Shown in pieces: positions 1 to 5,023 of a stretch of DNA of 25,662 nucleotides. The notes beneath the pieces are model-generated. The model was not told the DNA's origin. It saw only the letters and a program-made list of their open reading frames with translations, and made no database searches. Position 1 is the stretch's first letter, and every line of letters begins with the position of its first letter. Source of the stretch: a virus (taxonomy: Duplodnaviria; Caudoviricetes); the IMG/VR virus record IMGVR_UViG_3300044850_000042, positions 1-25,662 of that record; one strand, 5' to 3'. The position numbers and the translations under genes are program-made.

Positions 1-87
1 CATATCCGCAAACAGGGGAGTACCCTCAATATGCCAATAGCGGCAATCAAGATTACTAATCTGCTTGTTGATTGTTTGGTAAGACAT
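1..87 (-). CDS. Hypothetical protein, 5' part only (MSYQTINKQISNLDCRYWHIEGTPLFADM...), runs off the window edge
   Basis: ATG at 87-85 with an open frame to position 1; composite promoter 20 nt upstream. Confidence 0.6.
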   Translation of the reverse strand, partial: MSYQTINKQISNLDCRYWHIEGTPLFADM

Positions 88-107
88 TGTTTTCGACCTA
101 AGTGTTT

Positions 108-138
108 TATTTATAAGACATTTTATAAAAAATGTCAA
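108..138 (-). promoter_or_regulatory. Composite promoter: sigma70-type TTGACA-N17-TATAAA whose -10 coincides with a T4 late box TATAAATA
   Basis: TTGACA at 138-133, 17-nt spacer, TATAAATA at 115-108. Confidence 0.7.
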
Positions 139-139
139 G

Positions 140-213
140 CGTCTCAGGAGGGACTTGAACCCCCGACCAACTGCTTAGAAGGCAGATGCTCTATCCAACT
201 GAGCTACTGAGAC
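140..213 (-). tRNA. trnR: tRNA-Arg (anticodon TCT), CCA not encoded
   Basis: Minus strand GTCTCAG-TAGCTCAGTTGGATAGAGC-A-TCTGC-CTTCTAA-GCAGT-TGGTC-GGGGG-TTCAAGT-CCCTC-CTGAGAC-G folds as a cloverleaf. Confidence 0.96.
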
Positions 214-294
214 AAGAGACCTCCCTGTTTGTGCTTCTATGAGAGGCATGGGAGGGGTGGGTCTAACGGGAGGGTTGGAACCTCGCCTGCCCAT
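214..294 (-). ncRNA. Candidate structured RNA / tRNA 5' leader
   Basis: GC-rich ~80 nt between a sigma70 promoter and the tRNA; GAGG-TTCCAAC-CCTC and CCTCCC...GGGAGG stems. Confidence 0.4.
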
Positions 295-300
295 GAGAGT

Positions 301-329
301 ATTATATCACTCTTGAGAGCACCCGTCAA
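301..329 (-). promoter_or_regulatory. sigma70-type early promoter for the leader/tRNA-Arg transcript
   Basis: TTGACG (329-324), N17, TATAAT (306-301). Confidence 0.8.
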
Positions 330-750
330 CCCATGGAGAACAAATTCTCATTGGTGGAGCGAGCGCCTTACATTCATCAGTATAGCACACACTCTCGTCA
401 TTTTTCAAATCCATGTAACGTGGTTTATATTTTTTATCTGCTTCTGCAATAATTCTATTATATTCTGGTTCCACATTACGAATTGCCTGATCCACTCCAA
501 GTTCAATTCTCGCTTCCAATTCTTTTTGTTGATTAATAATTGGTGCCTGTTGCTTAAGACCAAATTGTTGAATTAAAAGATTATAAAATTTCCAAACATC
601 TTTCTCATCAATTTTCAACCATCCTGCCACTCCAATTAGAACTAAAATAATAATTGAACTGATAAGAAATCCTTTAATATTTTTAGGATCTAAATTTGGA
701 AGAAAAGATACTTTACCACCTTTAACTTCAAATAATTTAAACATTTCCAT
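307..750 (-). CDS. Hypothetical single-pass membrane protein with helical region and Cys-rich C-terminus
   Basis: Hydrophobic GFLISSIIILVLIGVAGWL; C-terminal CYTDEC...CSPWVDGC; overlaps upstream gene. Confidence 0.75.
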   Translation of the reverse strand: MEMFKLFEVKGGKVSFLPNLDPKNIKGFLISSIIILVLIGVAGWLKIDEKDVWKFYNLLIQQFGLKQQAPIINQQKELEARIELGVDQAIRNVEPEYNRIIAEADKKYKPRYMDLKNDESVCYTDECKALAPPMRICSPWVDGCSQE

Positions 751-1033
751 CTCCCCAAAAGTTTTCTAGTGCATCATCAACAATACTTTTGGGATCAATC
801 TGTTTCTTTGGATCTCTAAGTTTTTTAGTATCAAAAGTTAAAGTGGGAGTGATTGATCCATCCTCTTCAACTTTAATTTTTGCACCGAAAGGAGTTCCCT
901 TAGGTTGAACTTCAATTTGATTATAAGAATTTAATTTTACTTCCCCAATATCCGTTTCTACTTTTAAATATCCTGCTCTTGCGGCAAGATTTACAATATC
1001 CTTTTCATCATCTGGAAGATTTTGTATTGACAT
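737..1033 (-). CDS. Hypothetical protein (98 aa, start revised to MSIQNLP)
   Basis: The track's longer start runs through a terminator hairpin; ATG at 1033 follows the U-tract. Confidence 0.7.
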   Translation of the reverse strand: MSIQNLPDDEKDIVNLAARAGYLKVETDIGEVKLNSYNQIEVQPKGTPFGAKIKVEEDGSITPTLTFDTKKLRDPKKQIDPKSIVDDALENFWGDGNV

Positions 1034-1061
1034 AAAAAGGGGGAGTTCTGCAGCACTCCCC
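1034..1061 (-). terminator. Intrinsic terminator after the tail-type lysozyme gene
   Basis: GGGGAGT-GCTGCAGA-ACTCCCC-CTTTTT. Confidence 0.75.
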
Positions 1062-1063
1062 AC

Positions 1064-1071
1064 TATTTATT
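1064..1071 (-). promoter_or_regulatory. T4-type late promoter variant AATAAATA
   Basis: 7/8 match to TATAAATA, intergenic. Confidence 0.5.
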
Positions 1072-1079
1072 CTATTGTA

Positions 1080-1706
1080 TCAAACTTCCGCCAGGATCAG
1101 TCGGTTAGCATAGTCATAGGCATACGAAGTGCGGGCACCATGATGCCCCCAACCAATCCAACTATACGCATAGTTCATGTAACGATCGATAGACTTACCA
1201 GGAACTTTCATTCGGTCTACAATTCGTTGCCATTGAACCTCAGTTGTTAGATAACCAAGTTGCGTTTGAAGAGTTGATGGATTACCACCAGTCCTCTTAG
1301 CAAAATCACCCAATCCATAATAACGATTGGCAGATGTCCATTGAATCAGACCATAACCACGTCCGCAGTTATGATAACTGGTTCTACTACCACCTTCACA
1401 AATGTTAGGAATAAAAGTTGATTCCTGTCGAATATTACCCATGATGGTAGCAAGGGCGTTTCTGTCTTTAATACCAATTCCCTGAAAGTATGCCAGGGCA
1501 GCATTTTCATGTTCATTACACCCTTTACAAATTAGCCTTTTCTCTTTTGGCTTTTCGGGAGCAACCTCGCGGATTGCTGTCTTCTCTGTTTCAAACTCCT
1601 TAATAATAGAATAAGAAGGAGCAGTAGCAGATGATGGCAGGATTGCCGTTGTGGTTGTAACCGTTACCAGAAGAGGTAAGAGGGCTACAGTAAAGTAGTT
1701 ACGCAT
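1080..1706 (-). CDS. Phage tail-type lysozyme (Phage_lysozyme2-like cell-wall hydrolase) with N-terminal signal peptide
   Basis: ALATIMGNIRQES and GYGLIQWT motifs; N-terminus MRNYFTVALLPLLVTV followed by Thr/Ser/Ala linker. Confidence 0.8.
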   Translation of the reverse strand: MRNYFTVALLPLLVTVTTTTAILPSSATAPSYSIIKEFETEKTAIREVAPEKPKEKRLICKGCNEHENAALAYFQGIGIKDRNALATIMGNIRQESTFIPNICEGGSRTSYHNCGRGYGLIQWTSANRYYGLGDFAKRTGGNPSTLQTQLGYLTTEVQWQRIVDRMKVPGKSIDRYMNYAYSWIGWGHHGARTSYAYDYANRLILAEV

Positions 1707-1717
1707 TAAGTTTAATT

Positions 1718-1800
1718 GAACTCTACATCCGTATAGAGAAAGCGCACTTCCCCTCTCTCAAGGGGCGATCTCCACGGCTCTAAATGTCACGTCAATGACT
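1718..1800 (-). ncRNA. Candidate cis-regulatory structured RNA in the 5' UTR of the tail-type lysozyme
   Basis: Nested stems ACAT/ATGT, CCGT/ACGG, GGAGA/TCTCT and CCCCTT-GAGA-GAGGGG (GNRA tetraloop). Confidence 0.5.
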
Positions 1801-1806
1801 CATAAT

Positions 1807-1830
1807 AAAAAACCCACCTTTAAGTGGGTT
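1807..1830 (-). terminator. Intrinsic terminator-like hairpin
   Basis: AACCCAC-TTAAAG-GTGGGTT-TTTT. Confidence 0.7.
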
Positions 1831-1835
1831 GTTGC

Positions 1836-1864
1836 ATTATAAGTGATTATTTAGGATTTGTCAA
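1836..1864 (-). promoter_or_regulatory. Perfect-consensus sigma70 promoter with a late-type CTAAATA box in its spacer
   Basis: TTGACA (1864-1859), N17, TATAAT (1841-1836); CTAAATA at 1854-1848. Confidence 0.85.
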
Positions 1865-2067
1865 GATTCGGTTTCCTCACCATCTTCCACTTGATCTTCA
1901 GTTTCAGGTAAAGTGACGCCAATTTGATTGAGATATTCAATTGCTCCCTGAACTTTCAATAAAAGTTCTTTTCTTTCATTTATTTTTGCATTAAGACCGA
2001 CTAATTCTTGAGATAAAGTCTGTCGTTGTTGAGCCAAATTCATTAAATGCTGCTGTTGTTCCGTCAT
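1861..2067 (-). CDS. Hypothetical coiled-coil protein, 68 aa
   Basis: Heptad-like Leu/Gln pattern, acidic tail, late promoter upstream. Confidence 0.75.
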   Translation of the reverse strand: MTEQQQHLMNLAQQRQTLSQELVGLNAKINERKELLLKVQGAIEYLNQIGVTLPETEDQVEDGEETES

Positions 2068-2088
2068 AATTCTAAATATAGTTCCCTT

Positions 2089-2110
2089 TATTTATAAAAA
2101 TCAATAAATA
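2089..2110. promoter_or_regulatory. Divergent pair of T4-type late promoters
   Basis: TATAAATA on minus (2096-2089) and AATAAATA on plus (2103-2110) between divergent genes. Confidence 0.7.
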
Positions 2111-2132
2111 TATTATACTACAAAATCGAAAA

Positions 2133-2246
2133 ATGTCCAAGTCACCAAACAAGGGTAAGAAAGGTTCTGCTGGTGGCAAGCAACCCAAACAAAATCAGGG
2201 TAATGCGACTGCGAAAAAGGCAAAAAATGGAGGTAAGAAAAAGTGA
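2133..2246 (+). CDS. Small Lys/Gly-rich basic protein, 37 aa (not in ORF track)
   Basis: MSKSPNKGKKGSAGGKQPKQNQGNATAKKAKNGGKKK*; follows a late box and ends 3 nt before the next ATG. Confidence 0.7.
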   Translation: MSKSPNKGKKGSAGGKQPKQNQGNATAKKAKNGGKKK

Positions 2247-2249
2247 TGT

Positions 2250-2441
2250 ATGCCAAGAGAATGGAATACACCCAAGCGTGAGCCTTGGAACGCACCGATA
2301 CATAACATTCTAAAGGCAATAGATAATCACACTCAAGAGTATTTCAAGAGTGGTGATATTTGGCATCTACAAAAAGCAGATATGTTGAGAAGTTATCTCC
2401 ACGAACTTAAGACTTGGATTCATAAAATGGAGGGAAGATGA
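2250..2441 (+). CDS. Hypothetical protein, 63 aa
   Basis: Operon-packed ORF; ATGA overlap with the next gene. Confidence 0.8.
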   Translation: MPREWNTPKREPWNAPIHNILKAIDNHTQEYFKSGDIWHLQKADMLRSYLHELKTWIHKMEGR

Positions 2442-2728
2442 AATTCAAATATCCAACACTAGATAATATTGTTCCTATAATGGTTGCTTTTGTAGCAACA
2501 GCAATTGTTGGAATGACTTTTACAAATTATGTAATTTGTAATTTTAAAGTGATGACTAGTTTGCATTATCTATATCTTGTAAAGGCATTTGATAAAAGTG
2601 GAGCAAAACCACCAAGCAAATGTGACGATAATACATCGGAATCAATACAAACTTTGATGTCTTTGTTGGCAACTATCATCGCACTCAAAGCAGATCTTAG
2701 AAAAAAACCAGAAGAGAACAATGAATGA
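2438..2728 (+). CDS. Hypothetical membrane protein, two hydrophobic segments (holin candidate)
   Basis: IVPIMVAFVATAIVGMTF and IQTLMSLLATIIAL, charged C-terminus; GGAGG upstream. Confidence 0.7.
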   Translation: MKFKYPTLDNIVPIMVAFVATAIVGMTFTNYVICNFKVMTSLHYLYLVKAFDKSGAKPPSKCDDNTSESIQTLMSLLATIIALKADLRKKPEENNE

Positions 2729-2861
2729 TGTAGTTTGGAGTGTAAATATATTATTAGGTATTGGTCTTATTGGAGTTATTTGGATCATTTATAAAATCTT
2801 ACTCATTGCAAGTCAAGAAAATGTATCAATACAAAGTAAAAAAGATCAACAGAATCATTGA
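2721..2861 (+). CDS. Small single-pass membrane protein, 46 aa (not in ORF track)
   Basis: MNDVVWSVNILLGIGLIGVIWIIYKILLIASQENVSIQSKKDQQNH*; fills the gap and overlaps both neighbours. Confidence 0.65.
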   Translation: MNDVVWSVNILLGIGLIGVIWIIYKILLIASQENVSIQSKKDQQNH

Positions 2862-3159
2862 TGGAGACACTGTTGATCTTGATATTGATTTAGGTTTTTG
2901 GTTAACTGTTTCTTATAGAGTTCGTCTGAAAGATATTGACGCTCCAGAAACTAGAACTAAAGATCTACAAGAAAAAGAAAAAGGTCTAGCAGCAAAAGCG
3001 TGGCTAGAAGAACAACTATCCCGTGAAGGTGAGTGGATCATTGAAACCTACAAAGAGGACAAGTATGGAAGAATACTTGGCACTCTTTATCTTGTAGGTG
3101 ATCCAGTCACAATCAACGAGAGAATGTTGAACGAAGGTATTGCTGTTCCTTATTCATAA
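2821..3159 (+). CDS. Thermonuclease (staphylococcal nuclease family), start revised to MYQYKV
   Basis: IIDGDT, VRLKDIDAPE, DKYGRILG and INERMLNEGIA motifs. Confidence 0.9.
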   Translation: MYQYKVKKINRIIDGDTVDLDIDLGFWLTVSYRVRLKDIDAPETRTKDLQEKEKGLAAKAWLEEQLSREGEWIIETYKEDKYGRILGTLYLVGDPVTINERMLNEGIAVPYS

Positions 3160-3627
3160 TTTTTCCCAGAGATTTCCTTCAACAATTCTTCTTCTCAATA
3201 ATCCTGCTTCTACACTACTTCCAGGATTTCTATAAAGTAAAAGTTTTTCTGGAACATCAGTCCACTTCTTTTCCTTGAGAACTCTAGTTATGGTATTAAA
3301 ATTGGGAGACCCGTAGAAACCAGAACCAAGATTATAAGCAAAAGATAGAAGAGCTCCTTGTTGATTTTCATTCATCTCACTCCAATAGGGGATTTTTTTG
3401 AGTGGTGGAAGAAATTCATTTTCAATTTGATGTATGAATAGATCATCGGCATATTGTTGAGTAATCGTTCTTCCCATTTTGAATGGTTTTCCATCAAAAT
3501 CTTTAGTGCTTCCCCATCCTATTGTAATCGGAAGATTTCCAGTATGAGGGTCTTTATATGCAGTTAATATACAATCTTCAAATTCTTTAATTAATTCTAT
3601 TCCTGCAGATAAAGGAATAGAGTTCAA
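3154..3627 (-). CDS. GH24 phage lysozyme (endolysin) domain; possibly translated mainly as a -1 frameshift fusion to the upstream gene
   Basis: IKEFE...AYKD...ITIGWGST, ALLSFAYNLG, GLLRRR motifs; only a TTG start with no clear SD. Confidence 0.9.
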   Translation of the reverse strand: MNSIPLSAGIELIKEFEDCILTAYKDPHTGNLPITIGWGSTKDFDGKPFKMGRTITQQYADDLFIHQIENEFLPPLKKIPYWSEMNENQQGALLSFAYNLGSGFYGSPNFNTITRVLKEKKWTDVPEKLLLYRNPGSSVEAGLLRRRIVEGNLWEKL

Positions 3628-3655
3628 GACTTTTTTACATCAAATATTCTTCCCC
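3596..3655 (-). other. Putative programmed -1 ribosomal frameshift cassette
   Basis: GGGGA (3655-3651), A_AAA_AAG (3636-3630), 8-nt spacer, TCTATTCCT-8nt-AGGAATAGA hairpin (3621-3596); the -1 frame is the lysozyme frame. Confidence 0.75.
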
Positions 3656-4322
3656 ATCCAGTCTTATCTTTTCCTTTCTCCAACCAACGATAGGTGAGAT
3701 CAGACTTCTTATATACAGCACCTTTACCATTAGTTACAGGTCCAGTATAACCATCATTAAGAGAACCATAAGGATCATTCACAACATAATCTTCACCCCC
3801 TTTACCAATCACTACAACCATGTGCCCACCAGAAGGTGCAGATAGAGTGCCCCTATGATAGATCCCGATAACAACAGGTCTCCCAGCGGCAAGCTCACGA
3901 TCAAGATCAGCAAACCCAAGATTGTAACTAAATCGTGACTTAACACCATAACCATCCAGAACTTTTGTCTGAACGGTGTGATCAACCGAATCCCCGATTG
4001 CAAATACTTTTTGAACGTAGGCATCATCTCCCTTTGCCCCCTGAAGAGTGCCTGGTTTGAAATACTCTAGACACATCGCACAAGAAGATGAATTGCAGGT
4101 TCTCTGTGCGTCTCTATAATTATCTGTCTGAGGATAATAAGGAACTGGAAGAATTCCAGGAACTGTTGGAACTGTTCTATAAATTTTAATCCAGTTTGCA
4201 GTATCATCAATCAAATCTGGATTTTTACTTGCAAGGTCAACCTCAAGTTGCTCTACAGCAGCAACATGCTTTGGGTTGTTCTCATCATAATGCTTAAAAA
4301 AGTTATGTAAATCGACTCTCAT
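3624..4322 (-). CDS. Peptidase C39-like (papain-fold) protein with ~50-aa N-terminal helical domain
   Basis: VPYYPQ...TCNSSSCAM (Cys), GGHMVVVIG (His), VVNDPYG (Asp). Confidence 0.85.
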   Translation of the reverse strand: MRVDLHNFFKHYDENNPKHVAAVEQLEVDLASKNPDLIDDTANWIKIYRTVPTVPGILPVPYYPQTDNYRDAQRTCNSSSCAMCLEYFKPGTLQGAKGDDAYVQKVFAIGDSVDHTVQTKVLDGYGVKSRFSYNLGFADLDRELAAGRPVVIGIYHRGTLSAPSGGHMVVVIGKGGEDYVVNDPYGSLNDGYTGPVTNGKGAVYKKSDLTYRWLEKGKDKTGWGRIFDVKKS

Positions 4323-4504
4323 CAGTCTTCTCCTAAGTATGCTAGTGAATAAACTTCATGTTCTGGAATATTAGAATCTAACCATTCACCAAACTCACAC
4401 TGAATTGCCCTGGCATCTTCATATTCACTAATTTCTGCCAATTCATGAATTCGATCAATTGCCCAATCATGTGATCGACGAAGTGCTTGTTCCAAAGTTG
4501 CCAT
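4322..4504 (-). CDS. Hypothetical protein, 60 aa
   Basis: Overlaps both neighbours (1-nt TGATG coupling to the C39 gene). Confidence 0.7.
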   Translation of the reverse strand: MATLEQALRRSHDWAIDRIHELAEISEYEDARAIQCEFGEWLDSNIPEHEVYSLAYLGED

Positions 4505-4916
4505 AATCTTTTCGCATGTAGCGTCCTAGAATGTTGCTATTGTAGTATGCTGGGCGGCCATCGTCAAGTGATTCTTTCAAGACATTATTTAGGAAAAGTT
4601 GTTTGGTTTCTTCATAGTTACATTCTCCTTTTGTTTTATGGAGGCTAAGTATAGTTCGGTCCATGGACTCTCTTCCCCAAAGGTCAACATCGACCTTGAG
4701 TTCGGGGCAGGATCCATAATATTTTTTCCAATTAGATTCTGATTTAACTCTTCTAGATTTACCTTTTGGTTTTGTGTAACTCCAGAAATATTTTCTACCA
4801 ATGTACTTACGACCAGTTTCACGGCAGTAGATAAGATAAACGAAACCAAAATGATCTTGAATGTCATCCGATTCAAAAATCGCTGAATTATACATCCAAG
4901 GATTCTCATAGCTCAT
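4467..4916 (-). CDS. GIY-YIG family nuclease
   Basis: GFVYLI...KYIGRK, YYGS, conserved Glu (NYEE) and YYNSNI. Confidence 0.8.
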   Translation of the reverse strand: MSYENPWMYNSAIFESDDIQDHFGFVYLIYCRETGRKYIGRKYFWSYTKPKGKSRRVKSESNWKKYYGSCPELKVDVDLWGRESMDRTILSLHKTKGECNYEETKQLFLNNVLKESLDDGRPAYYNSNILGRYMRKDYGNFGTSTSSIT

Positions 4917-4937
4917 ATAATATTCTTTAAGAGCTAT

Positions 4938-4945
4938 TATTTATC
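4938..4945 (-). promoter_or_regulatory. Late promoter variant GATAAATA
   Basis: 21 nt upstream of the GIY-YIG ATG. Confidence 0.55.
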
Positions 4946-4964
4946 CTTCATCCTTAGCAAAGCG

Positions 4965-4994
4965 ATTCTAGCAATAAAAAAGGGGGTTTGTCAA
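4965..4994 (-). promoter_or_regulatory. sigma70-type promoter with extended -10
   Basis: TTGACA (4994-4989), N18, TG-C-TAGAAT (4970-4965). Confidence 0.65.
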
Positions 4995-4999
4995 CCCCC
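4976..4999 (-). terminator. Intrinsic terminator
   Basis: GGGGGTT-GACA-AACCCCC-TTTTTT. Confidence 0.85.
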
Positions 5000-5023
5000 C
5001 TATATCAATTTGTAGATAAATTC

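Noticed and set aside
229-576. 115-aa plus-strand ORF and the other antisense or nested ORFs in the track (e.g. 2113-2319, 5670-5915, 8648-8980, 13340-13645, 19214-19558, 22927-23253)
   Set aside because: Shadow frames of well-supported genes or RNAs; no recognisable motifs or translation signals
4467-4916. GIY-YIG protein as a mobile homing endonuclease
   Set aside because: Only the catalytic domain is present (149 aa, no DNA-binding repeats) and it is embedded in an operon; more likely a resident nuclease
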